Shown here: positions 6,156 to 14,451 of the stretch, piece by piece | Layout: every line of letters begins with the position of its first letter | Position numbering within the stretch: position 1 is the first letter of the stretch | Virus record (IMG/VR): IMGVR_UViG_3300024518_001704 | Span: 1 to 25,504 of that record | Source of the DNA: a virus | Taxonomy: Duplodnaviria > Caudoviricetes | Strand: one strand, 5' to 3' | DNA length: 25,504 nucleotides | Program-made: the position numbers and the translations under genes | Notes under the pieces: model-generated | The model's input: the letters and a program-made list of their open reading frames with translations, nothing else | The model's database searches: none | Told to the model about the DNA's origin: nothing

Positions 6156-6184
6156 ATTGTAAGGCTAGGTGTCAATACTGTCAA
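6156..6184 (-). promoter_or_regulatory. leftward sigma70-type promoter
   Basis: Minus strand TTGACA-17 nt-TACAAT. Confidence 0.75.
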
Positions 6185-6260
6185 GCAGATTTATTGTTAT
6201 AATTGAGATTTTCTAGGACGTCAACTTTACTAAAAAGGAACATATCCACTTCAATGGAAC

Positions 6261-6290
6261 TTGACACAACAGCGCAATTGGTACTATTAT
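6261..6290 (+). promoter_or_regulatory. candidate promoter for the terminase operon
   Basis: TTGACA at 6261, then TG-G-TACTAT (15-nt spacer) or TATTAT (18-nt spacer); another extended -10 TGTTATAAT at 6195-6203. Confidence 0.5.
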
Positions 6291-6404
6291 TATAGTAATT
6301 AAAACCACTTATGTGTACAGGGAAGAAAACAAGCCACGAAGCTTAACACCTTCCTAATTGTTTGTGACATATATGGTAATTCTTAACAACTAATCATAAG
6401 TAAT

Positions 6405-6773
6405 ATGGCAAGACCAACAAAAAAAACTCCTGAAGTTATACGGAAAATAGAAGAGGTTGCAGCATTGGATGGAACGATAGCTGAAATGGCTCTATATGGC
6501 GGTGTACATCCTGATAGTATATATGCATGGATGGCAGAGGATAAGAAGTTTTCCGACAGGATACAGGAATTGAGAAATACGCCTGTACTTAAGGCTAGAA
6601 ACACCGTTAATGAGAAGATGACAGAGAGTTATAGCAACGCTATGGACTATCTGAAACGGAAGAAGAAAAAGGAGTTTGGGGACAATTCTACGATAGAAGT
6701 AACAACGCCTAAGCCACTATTAGATGCCTTATACAATAACAACAGCGACAAAAAAGATACATCAGCTAAGTAA
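6405..6773 (+). CDS. terS: terminase small subunit
   Basis: MARPTK start, HTH-like segment (TIAEMALYGGVHPDSIYAW), immediately upstream of and overlapping terL. Confidence 0.8.
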   Translation: MARPTKKTPEVIRKIEEVAALDGTIAEMALYGGVHPDSIYAWMAEDKKFSDRIQELRNTPVLKARNTVNEKMTESYSNAMDYLKRKKKKEFGDNSTIEVTTPKPLLDALYNNNSDKKDTSAK

Positions 6774-7920
6774 ACGACTCTGGGTGATTCAGGGTGGTAC
6801 TTCGGCAGGTAAAACCATTGGGACTATACAAGTCCTGATTGACATGGCACAGAGAGATAAAACTCCTACTCTGACGAGTATAACGTCAGAGTCTTATCCA
6901 CACCTGAAAAGGGGTGCGATGAAAGACTTCCTTGACATTATGCAGACACAGGGGTATTACAATCCAGACGCATGGAATAAGACTGAGGCTACATATACCT
7001 TTGAAACAGGAAGTCGTATAGAGTTTTTCTCTCTGGACCAGCCACATAAAGTTAGAGGACCGAGAAGAGACAGGTTGTTTATGAACGAAGCGAATAACAA
7101 TCCTTTTGAAACGTTTGAACAGTTAGAAGTCCGTACTAAAGACTTAATAATACTTGACTATAACCCGACAGCGCAATTCTGGGTACATGAGTACGTATTA
7201 GACAGAGACGATGTTGAGTTCATTATCCTCACATATAAGGATAACGAAGCATTGGACCCACAGATAGTGAGTACGATAGAGAAGAGGAAGAACAGACCAG
7301 AGTGGTGGAAGGTGTATGGTCAGGGAGAGCTGGGAGACGGACTGGAAGGAAGAATATATACGGATTGGGAGATTATAGACGAACTTCCCCACGAAGCAAG
7401 GCTGGAAAGGTATGGGGTAGACTTCGGATGGAATCCAGACCCAGCCGCAGTAGTGGCAATATACTACTGGAACGGAGGATATATTCTGGATGAGGTGTCG
7501 TACCAGTTAGAGATGAGTAACAGGGAGATGGCTAATATGCTGAAGAATATGGATAAAGCACTTGTTATAGCGGACTCTGCAGAGCCAAAGAGTATAGCGG
7601 AAGTCAGATTGTATGGGATTAACGTCTTACCATGTAAGAAGGGAGCAGACTCCATACGTCATGGAATTATGGGGGTACAGGACCAGAAAGTGTTTGTGAC
7701 AAAGAGTTCAGTCAATCTCATTAAGGAATATAGGAATTATATGTGGGATGTAGATAAGAACGGGAAGCAATTAAACAAACCAGAAGGCGGAAAGGACCAC
7801 CTTATGGACGCAGTCCGATATGCGATGAACTCACTTGTACCTGTGATAAGGAAGAAGGAGATGGTGATAAACTTACCAGACTTTATAAAGAACAGAAAGG
7901 CACAGAATAGAGGAAGATAG
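6724..7920 (+). CDS. terL: terminase large subunit (PBSX/SPP1-like)
   Basis: Walker A QGGTSAGKT, Walker B LFMNEA, DYNP coupling motif, nuclease motifs GVDFG, ADSAEP, DHLMDAVRY. Confidence 0.95.
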   Translation: MPYTITTATKKIHQLSKRLWVIQGGTSAGKTIGTIQVLIDMAQRDKTPTLTSITSESYPHLKRGAMKDFLDIMQTQGYYNPDAWNKTEATYTFETGSRIEFFSLDQPHKVRGPRRDRLFMNEANNNPFETFEQLEVRTKDLIILDYNPTAQFWVHEYVLDRDDVEFIILTYKDNEALDPQIVSTIEKRKNRPEWWKVYGQGELGDGLEGRIYTDWEIIDELPHEARLERYGVDFGWNPDPAAVVAIYYWNGGYILDEVSYQLEMSNREMANMLKNMDKALVIADSAEPKSIAEVRLYGINVLPCKKGADSIRHGIMGVQDQKVFVTKSSVNLIKEYRNYMWDVDKNGKQLNKPEGGKDHLMDAVRYAMNSLVPVIRKKEMVINLPDFIKNRKAQNRGR

Positions 7921-7959
7921 TTGTCCACAGGCACCGATTGACATAAACCATGATATACT
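7921..7959 (+). promoter_or_regulatory. internal promoter candidate: DnaA-box-like TTGTCCACA, TTGACA and extended -10 TGATATACT
   Basis: Motifs read directly; TTGACA is only 10 nt from the -10, so this is probably an extended -10 promoter. Confidence 0.45.
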
Positions 7960-7971
7960 TAACAAAAATCT

Positions 7972-8238
7972 ATGACAGTAAAACAGCCTAAACAACCCAA
8001 TTATAAAGTGAAGTGGAGCATAGGAAAGGAAGTTTATAATTCTTCTGGAAATACTCTTGAGGAAGCAATAAAGAAGATTAAACCTAAGAGCTACATGGGA
8101 GTAGGTTCCATTGAAGTTTCACGAGGTGAAAAGGTAAGCCGTATACCTTTTAAAATGGTACCTATTAAAACACAACGTCTATTTGAAAAACCACTAGAAC
8201 AAGCATTATTCATAAAACGGCTTAAAACTCTTATATGA
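7972..8238 (+). CDS. basic hypothetical protein, 88 aa
   Basis: ORF track; Lys-rich. Confidence 0.75.
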   Translation: MTVKQPKQPNYKVKWSIGKEVYNSSGNTLEEAIKKIKPKSYMGVGSIEVSRGEKVSRIPFKMVPIKTQRLFEKPLEQALFIKRLKTLI

Positions 8239-8390
8239 TTGATGATTTAATTAGAGAAGGTAAAAGAGAAGGAAAGACTGAATTTACTTGGTCAGTTAAA
8301 CAAATGGAGGAGTTAAAGTCTTTTGCTAAAGCAAACGGACTTAGTTTTAACAGCAATAAATTCATGGGAGTAACTCACAAACTTATATGA
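8235..8390 (+). CDS. hypothetical protein, 51 aa (MIDDLIREGKREGKTEFTWSVKQMEELKSFAKANGLSFNSNKFMGVTHKLI)
   Basis: Manual translation; ATGA overlaps at both ends. Confidence 0.7.
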   Translation: MIDDLIREGKREGKTEFTWSVKQMEELKSFAKANGLSFNSNKFMGVTHKLI

Positions 8391-10213
8391 AACAAAACAT
8401 ACACGATTACATTGTGGAACAAGAGAATTCCTATCAGCAACCGATTGATATAAATGGTTGGCAATGGAATATGCCAGAACATGTTAAGACTTCTTTTTAT
8501 TATAAACATGGAAGGTTGCTGGGAGGAAATGACGAGAACACACCTGTTAAGAACATAACAAAGCCGATTTTAAACCTACAATACAGGGCATTGGATATTG
8601 ACGTGAAGGAGGTAAACATTTACGTAGATGACCCACAAGCATATCATCTGTCATTTTTAGTAAAGAAATACTATGAGGATGTATTTGCAGTAGATAACAC
8701 TTTAGATACATTCTTTGACGAGATTAAGGAGTCAATGATTGACTATGGACTAGGTATTGCCAAGAAGATGAAGGGAGCAAAACCAGATGTTGTAGATTTA
8801 CAGTCAATTGCTTTCTGTGACCAGACTAACGTAGAGAGTGGACCGATAGGAATTAAACATCATTATAATCCAGCAGAACTAAAAGACATGGAGAAGGTTG
8901 GTTGGGGTAACCCCTCAAATGGTGCAACAGCAACGATTGATGAAGTTATAGCAAAGTCAGAACCGAGTAAGGTAATTGATGAAGCGACTAACGTAGAGAT
9001 TTCAACACCAGGAGCTTACATAGAAATCTATGAAGTTCACGGTGTTTTGCCTAAATCATTCATAACTGATGAGTACGATGACAATACTGATACTCAACAC
9101 GTACAACAAATACAGATTGTAGCTTTCTATACAGATGAAAAGAGCCAACGACGTTCAATGATTCTGTACAGGAAAGAGGAAAAAGAGTCACCATTCATGT
9201 TCTTACTTAGAGATAAGATTTATAGTCGTGCTTGTGGTTGGGGAGGTGCAGAAGAACTATTTGAAGACCAGATTTGGACTAACTTAGATGTTATTCGTAT
9301 GAATGACATGTTGGATAGTGCCAGTAAGACTATATTAAAATCAGTAGGTGCAGATTTGAAATCAAGATATCCAAATGGACTAAAGAACATGGATAACTTG
9401 CAGATTGTAGAGCTTAACGAAGGTGAAGACCTTGGACAAGTAGACACATTTCCTCGTAATATGCAGTTGTTCCAGCAGTCAGCCCAACAATGGGAGCAAC
9501 ACGCACAGACCATGGGTTCAGCTCAGGACCCACTATTAGGTAAAGAAGCACCATCTGGAACACCATTTAGGTCAGTAGTAACCCAGATAGAACAGGGTAA
9601 GGGAATTCATGAGTATAGAAAGGAAAAGTATGCACGATTTTTAGAGGACATACACCAACAATGGATTCTTCCTTATATTCAAGGAAAGATTACACAGGGA
9701 GCCACATTCCTTTCAGAGTTATCCACAGATGAAATGAAGTTCGTATCGGATGCTTTAGTTAAAAATAAGGCAAAGAGATTCGCTTTTGATAAGATGCTTA
9801 ATGGTGAATTAGTTACAGATGAGGAGATAGAAGGTTACAAACAACTGGTTAGACAAGAGTTCGTTGATAAAGGAAACAAGAAGTTCATTGAAATCCTAAA
9901 GGATGAATTCAAGAAACGACCACTTAGGGTGAAGGTAGATATTGCGGGAGCTTCAAAAGACCTTTCATTACTTACAGACAAGATGACAAACATCTTCAGA
10001 CAGATAATTGCAAATCCTCAAGGATTCCAACAGACTATGCAGATTCCAGGTATGGCAAAAACATTCAATACAATGTTAGAATCAAGTGGACTGTCACCAA
10101 TTATGTATGCAGGATTGACAGAGTCAGTAGCACAAGCACCTCAACAACCTCAACAACCTCAGGCACAGCCTGAACAAGCACAAGCACAAGCATTAACAAC
10201 TAACTTACAATAA
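8387..10213 (+). CDS. portal protein (podovirus/P22-like size and position)
   Basis: 608 aa, downstream of terL and upstream of scaffold/capsid; Gln/Pro-rich C-terminal tail. Confidence 0.8.
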   Translation: MKQNIHDYIVEQENSYQQPIDINGWQWNMPEHVKTSFYYKHGRLLGGNDENTPVKNITKPILNLQYRALDIDVKEVNIYVDDPQAYHLSFLVKKYYEDVFAVDNTLDTFFDEIKESMIDYGLGIAKKMKGAKPDVVDLQSIAFCDQTNVESGPIGIKHHYNPAELKDMEKVGWGNPSNGATATIDEVIAKSEPSKVIDEATNVEISTPGAYIEIYEVHGVLPKSFITDEYDDNTDTQHVQQIQIVAFYTDEKSQRRSMILYRKEEKESPFMFLLRDKIYSRACGWGGAEELFEDQIWTNLDVIRMNDMLDSASKTILKSVGADLKSRYPNGLKNMDNLQIVELNEGEDLGQVDTFPRNMQLFQQSAQQWEQHAQTMGSAQDPLLGKEAPSGTPFRSVVTQIEQGKGIHEYRKEKYARFLEDIHQQWILPYIQGKITQGATFLSELSTDEMKFVSDALVKNKAKRFAFDKMLNGELVTDEEIEGYKQLVRQEFVDKGNKKFIEILKDEFKKRPLRVKVDIAGASKDLSLLTDKMTNIFRQIIANPQGFQQTMQIPGMAKTFNTMLESSGLSPIMYAGLTESVAQAPQQPQQPQAQPEQAQAQALTTNLQ

Positions 10214-10214
10214 A

Positions 10215-10547
10215 ATGGCATTAGATTATTTATCAGAGATTGAGGTACAGAAAGTAGAGTTGTTTCTGGAGGACAATATAATGAGAGAAGCAGTTAAGAA
10301 GGTAATACTTAGTGGAGTATATTTTGACGGAACGATGGAAGCTGGGAAACCTCATGACCCACTAAAGAACTTTGTATTAGGCAAACTCTCACAACAGCAA
10401 GTAATGATGAACGATGATAGGCACATGGGTGCATTGGCTCGTTCCATGATTGATGCAGTTGGAATGATAGAAACAGGTTTTGGAGAGTTGGAGAAATGTA
10501 AACCAGTCAAGGTCGAAAATAAAGAGGTAGTAAACAAAGGTAAATAA
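10215..10547 (+). CDS. hypothetical head-module protein, 110 aa
   Basis: ORF track; starts 1 nt after the portal stop. Confidence 0.75.
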   Translation: MALDYLSEIEVQKVELFLEDNIMREAVKKVILSGVYFDGTMEAGKPHDPLKNFVLGKLSQQQVMMNDDRHMGALARSMIDAVGMIETGFGELEKCKPVKVENKEVVNKGK

Positions 10548-10548
10548 T

Positions 10549-10932
10549 ATGGAAACTTATAGAAAAGTAATGACAGTTGGAATAGTTCTTTTGTTAGGTG
10601 TAGCAGGAGCAATGATGCTAACTGGGTCAACAAACTTAGGTTCTGCACCATCAGGACTAGCATCAACAGTAGCTACTTCATCTTCATTGTCAGTTACAGC
10701 AACAGGAGTAACAACAGTTATTCCAGCAAGTGCTAACTGTGCTTCAAGGATACTATCTCCACAGGGAGGTGTTCTTAAGGTAACAATAGGAGGTGGTACA
10801 CCATCTGCAACAAAAGGTATGGAGGTAGCAGCAAGTTCAACAGCAGTATTTGATGGAGCATTGTATGGTTGTGGAGATGTAAAAATCTACAGTTATGCAA
10901 CACAACAAGTAACGGCAACAGAAACAAGGTAA
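10549..10932 (+). CDS. N-terminally membrane-anchored Ser/Thr-rich beta protein, 127 aa
   Basis: Basic N-region plus hydrophobic stretch VMTVGIVLLLGVAGAMML, then NLGSA; two Cys. Confidence 0.75.
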   Translation: METYRKVMTVGIVLLLGVAGAMMLTGSTNLGSAPSGLASTVATSSSLSVTATGVTTVIPASANCASRILSPQGGVLKVTIGGGTPSATKGMEVAASSTAVFDGALYGCGDVKIYSYATQQVTATETR

Positions 10933-10954
10933 TTATTAAATAACCAATAGAATT

Positions 10955-11086
10955 ATGTCACTACGAGATATTAAGATGACGAGCCTAGCGGATAAGCTTT
11001 ACGGAGGTTCGCAGAGAGAGGAGAAGAAGGAAAAGAAGGCTGCAAAAACAGAAGGGAGTTTACTAAAGAGGTCGAAGAAGAATTAA
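10955..11086 (+). CDS. Lys-rich microprotein, 43 aa
   Basis: Manual translation MSLRDIKMTSLADKLYGGSQREEKKEKKAAKTEGSLLKRSKKN. Confidence 0.55.
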   Translation: MSLRDIKMTSLADKLYGGSQREEKKEKKAAKTEGSLLKRSKKN

Positions 11087-11105
11087 TAACCAATAATATA
11101 AAATT

Positions 11106-11657
11106 ATGACTAAGGACAATTTAATTACAGGAGCAGTTATCGTAGCACTATTACTTTCAGGGTTATCTTTCTTCGGTGGAGATATGGGACCAAGAGGACC
11201 GAAGGGAGATGACGGAAGAGTAGGAGCAAGTGTAGGACCAGACCATACTAATACACAAAACTTCTTCGCTAACTTTACAATCGGTGGAGATGCAAGTTCA
11301 AGGTATGCAACAACATCAACAGCAACAACATACGTTCTTACAGCAACAGAACTTCGTAAGAAGAACTCATTGATTACATGGAACAATGGACGACCAACAC
11401 TTACACTTACTACAATGGCATCAACATCAGCACCATTCAGTGGTATGAAAGTTGGCGAAATGTTTACACAGACATTCTACAACTCATCAACAACTGCTAA
11501 CGCAATTACATTTGCAGCAGGAACAGGAGTTGACCTACAGGAAATGGAAGGAGGAACAGTTGTATCTAACCTATTGGAAGGAGCAACACTTACTTTCATC
11601 AAGAAAGCAAACACAGACATCATGATGCTCGTAGCACCATGGCAAGTGGCTGACTAG
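11106..11657 (+). CDS. N-terminally membrane-anchored protein with a short collagen-like linker and Thr-rich beta domain, 183 aa
   Basis: Hydrophobic LITGAVIVALLLSGLSFF, then GDM-GPR-GPK-GDD-GRV-GAS. Confidence 0.75.
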   Translation: MTKDNLITGAVIVALLLSGLSFFGGDMGPRGPKGDDGRVGASVGPDHTNTQNFFANFTIGGDASSRYATTSTATTYVLTATELRKKNSLITWNNGRPTLTLTTMASTSAPFSGMKVGEMFTQTFYNSSTTANAITFAAGTGVDLQEMEGGTVVSNLLEGATLTFIKKANTDIMMLVAPWQVAD

Positions 11658-11741
11658 TTAAAGTATGAGTTATCATTCTCGTTAAAAAATGCTCAAGGTT
11701 CTACTTTATCCTTAAAAAGTATTAATAGTTATCATAAATCT

Positions 11742-12350
11742 ATGGATGAAATTCAACAAAATGATTTGCAAGATGTTCAACTTGAAGAAAACGAACTAGG
11801 TGAAGGCGAGGCTGCAGAAGAAGTTGTAGCCGACACATCAGAAGTTGATACTCTGAGAGCAGAGTTAGCAGCCAAAGATGAACAAATTGCGAATCTTTCA
11901 AGACAAAAGAGGGAAGCAAAGAAAGCAAATAAGCCAGAGCCTAAATTACAAAAAGAAGAAACAAAACAGTCAGAAGGACTAGACTATGGGCAAAAAGCTT
12001 ACTTGAAGGGCGAAGGTATAGAGTCAGCAGAGTTTGATTTTGTACACGACCAAATGCAAGAAAGTGGAATGGAAATGGACACTTTGCTAGAGAACGGGTA
12101 CTTCAAATCAGAGTTACAGGACAGAAGGGACAAAGCAGCCAACGAAGCAGCTACCCCATCAGGGACTAGAGGAGCTAAGAAGGCAGCGGGAACAGAAGTA
12201 GAACACTGGATAAATAGAGGTGAACTACCTGAAAATACCCCTGAAAACACTGAACTTAGACGAGAAGTTGTTCGCCGACGAACTACTATTGAAAAAAACA
12301 AAGAGAAGTTCGCATCGCAAGGTATCGTTGACACAGCCCAAGGAGCATAG
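11742..12350 (+). CDS. capsid scaffolding protein (putative)
   Basis: Very acidic N-terminus, coiled coil, directly upstream of the capsid gene. Confidence 0.7.
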   Translation: MDEIQQNDLQDVQLEENELGEGEAAEEVVADTSEVDTLRAELAAKDEQIANLSRQKREAKKANKPEPKLQKEETKQSEGLDYGQKAYLKGEGIESAEFDFVHDQMQESGMEMDTLLENGYFKSELQDRRDKAANEAATPSGTRGAKKAAGTEVEHWINRGELPENTPENTELRREVVRRRTTIEKNKEKFASQGIVDTAQGA

Positions 12351-12358
12351 ACCTAATG

Positions 12359-12382
12359 ACTGATTATTAAGATTTAATCAGT
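12359..12382 (+). other. hairpin ACTGATTA-N8-TAATCAGT just upstream of the capsid start
   Basis: Perfect 8-bp inverted repeat in the 38-nt intergenic gap. Confidence 0.55.
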
Positions 12383-12388
12383 ATTAAT

Positions 12389-13252
12389 ATGGCAAACACA
12401 TTTAATACAGGAGTTCATAAAGAAGATTGGCTTACAACTCTTCAAGAACGACTGGATAAGCCAACAAACTGGAAGGAAGTATGTGATGTTATCTACTCAG
12501 ATAACTACATCATCAATGCTCCTTACATGTCTACTGAGTTCACAGCACAAACTGGAACTCGTGGAACAGCGTACGGTTTCTCTGATTTTGCTCTTACTAA
12601 CGACACAATTACAGTTAACAACAAGAGAATGGTACCAGTGTTCGTAGACCGAGCAGATATGGCACAAATTACTTATGTTAATCAGATGGAATTGGCTGGT
12701 CGTCAGGCAGACATAATCAACGAAACAGTAGAAGCTGCAGTTCTTGCAGACCACGCTACATGGACAGATGTTGGAGATGTTTCTGGAGTAGTTACTTCAG
12801 GAAACACTACACAATTTACAGTATCAGCAACTAATATCGATGACATCGTACGAGGTGTACGAAGAATCGTGAACGTAGCAAATGGTACAGACCTTATGAA
12901 TAGAAATGGTCTATTCTTCGTTTGGAGACCAGCAGACTTTGAAGCACTTGAGCAATTTGCACAAGCTAACGGTTTCAACCTAGCTGACTCAGCACTTAAG
13001 ACAGGTATTGACTTCGGTTACCACCTATTAGGAGCTGACCATTACGTTTCTAACTCACACACAGCAAACCACGTGTTCGCTGGAGTTAAAAAGGTTTACC
13101 AAGTAGGTATTCTAAAGACTACTTACGGACAAATCGTAGTAACTGCTGACCCAGCACAACAGTCTGGAACAGGTATTATTTCACGACTTGACTATGGTCT
13201 AAACGCACCAGCAGGATTGACTTCAATTCTGTACGATATAAACGTAGTTTAG
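12389..13252 (+). CDS. major capsid protein (HK97 fold, P22-coat-like; inferred)
   Basis: 287 aa, MANTF start, follows the scaffold gene, flanked by hairpins. Confidence 0.8.
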   Translation: MANTFNTGVHKEDWLTTLQERLDKPTNWKEVCDVIYSDNYIINAPYMSTEFTAQTGTRGTAYGFSDFALTNDTITVNNKRMVPVFVDRADMAQITYVNQMELAGRQADIINETVEAAVLADHATWTDVGDVSGVVTSGNTTQFTVSATNIDDIVRGVRRIVNVANGTDLMNRNGLFFVWRPADFEALEQFAQANGFNLADSALKTGIDFGYHLLGADHYVSNSHTANHVFAGVKKVYQVGILKTTYGQIVVTADPAQQSGTGIISRLDYGLNAPAGLTSILYDINVV

Positions 13253-13260
13253 TTTATATA

Positions 13261-13284
13261 CTCTGCTCTTTACGGAGAGTGGGG
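13261..13284 (+). other. G-U-rich hairpin with a UACG (UNCG-type) loop after the capsid gene
   Basis: CTCTGCTCTT-TACG-GAGAGTGGGG; no U-tract; ends 2 nt before the next ATG. Confidence 0.55.
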
Positions 13285-13286
13285 AT

Positions 13287-13877
13287 ATGGAAATTAAAAT
13301 CGCAATCGGATTGCCAACAAACAGAGGAGTTAAAACTCTTACTGCACAATCTCTAATGGAGATGGTAGCTGGTTCAGACTTAGATTTTCACATAATTGTA
13401 TCAACCAAAGGATATAACACAGCAGAAAACAGAAACTATATTACAGCACAAGCAATAAAAGCAGATTGTACTCACTTATTGCTACTTGATGACGACATGG
13501 TTTACGAGAAAGGTCTTATTGAGAGGTTGGTTGCCCACGATAAAGACATCGTAGGTGCAACTTATCACGTAAGACGACTGACAGAAGAAGGTATAAACGG
13601 CAACGTAATTGAGTATTTTGACGAAGAAAACGACATGAAACTACTGGAAGGTAACGATTTATTCAAGTGCAAAGCACTAGGAGGAGGTCTTCTGTTGCTA
13701 GATTTGAAGGCAGTAATGAGAGTAGAACAACCATACTTCTGGTATAAGGTACTGAAAGTAGGAATGGTTGAGATGAGCAACGACTGGTGGTTCTGTGAGA
13801 AAGCGAGAGAGGCAGGGCTAGACGTATGGTGTGACCCATCAATACATCTTAAACATATAGGAGAATATGAATATTAA
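13287..13877 (+). CDS. GT-A fold (GT2-like) glycosyltransferase 1
   Basis: IAIGLP first strand, ENRN, DxD motif LLLDDDM, GGGLLLLD, SNDWWFC, HIG. Confidence 0.85.
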   Translation: MEIKIAIGLPTNRGVKTLTAQSLMEMVAGSDLDFHIIVSTKGYNTAENRNYITAQAIKADCTHLLLLDDDMVYEKGLIERLVAHDKDIVGATYHVRRLTEEGINGNVIEYFDEENDMKLLEGNDLFKCKALGGGLLLLDLKAVMRVEQPYFWYKVLKVGMVEMSNDWWFCEKAREAGLDVWCDPSIHLKHIGEYEY

Positions 13878-14445
13878 AGTCACAGTAGGTATCGCATGTA
13901 ACAGGGTAGTTAAACCAAAGACTATGGCTTGTTTGCTTGAGATGATAGTAAATGGAGGTTATGACTTCCACATTGTTATTGCAGAGCATGGTTACACGAT
14001 TGCAGAGAACAGACTTTATTGTGCTGCACAGGCAGTCCAGAATAAAAGCGATTACTTACTGTACATTGACGATGACATGACATTTCCACCAGAAACACTT
14101 GAACAACTTTTGAGTAATAAAAAAGAAATAGTCGGTGTAGTAGCAAGTCCACGAATGATTACAGACAATACAACAGTTGCACTACTAGACGGCAAGGTTT
14201 TGAAGAAAGAAGATATACCAAAAGAACTATTTGAAGTAAGTCACGTAGGAACAGGAGTAATGCTTATAGATACAAAGGTATTTGAAAAGATAGAGCAACC
14301 ATACTTCCAGTTCACAACTTACCCAAATGGTATGACGTTAGATGGGGAAGATGCTTGGTTCTGTAAACAAGCGAGAAAGGCAGGACTTAACATTTATTGC
14401 GACCCAACATTATCAATCGGTCATTTAGGCGACTACTTATATTAA
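13867..14445 (+). CDS. GT-A fold (GT2-like) glycosyltransferase 2
   Basis: DxD motif YIDDDM, VGTGVMLID, GEDAWFC, HLG; colinear paralogue of the preceding gene. Confidence 0.85.
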   Translation: MNIKVTVGIACNRVVKPKTMACLLEMIVNGGYDFHIVIAEHGYTIAENRLYCAAQAVQNKSDYLLYIDDDMTFPPETLEQLLSNKKEIVGVVASPRMITDNTTVALLDGKVLKKEDIPKELFEVSHVGTGVMLIDTKVFEKIEQPYFQFTTYPNGMTLDGEDAWFCKQARKAGLNIYCDPTLSIGHLGDYLY

Positions 14446-14451
14446 ATTATT

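Noticed and set aside
6311-6346. 11-aa ORF MCTGKKTSHEA upstream of terS
   Set aside because: Too short, with no supporting context
10130-10195. CCTCAACAA and CAAGCA tandem repeats
   Set aside because: They simply encode the low-complexity Gln/Pro/Ala tail of the portal protein
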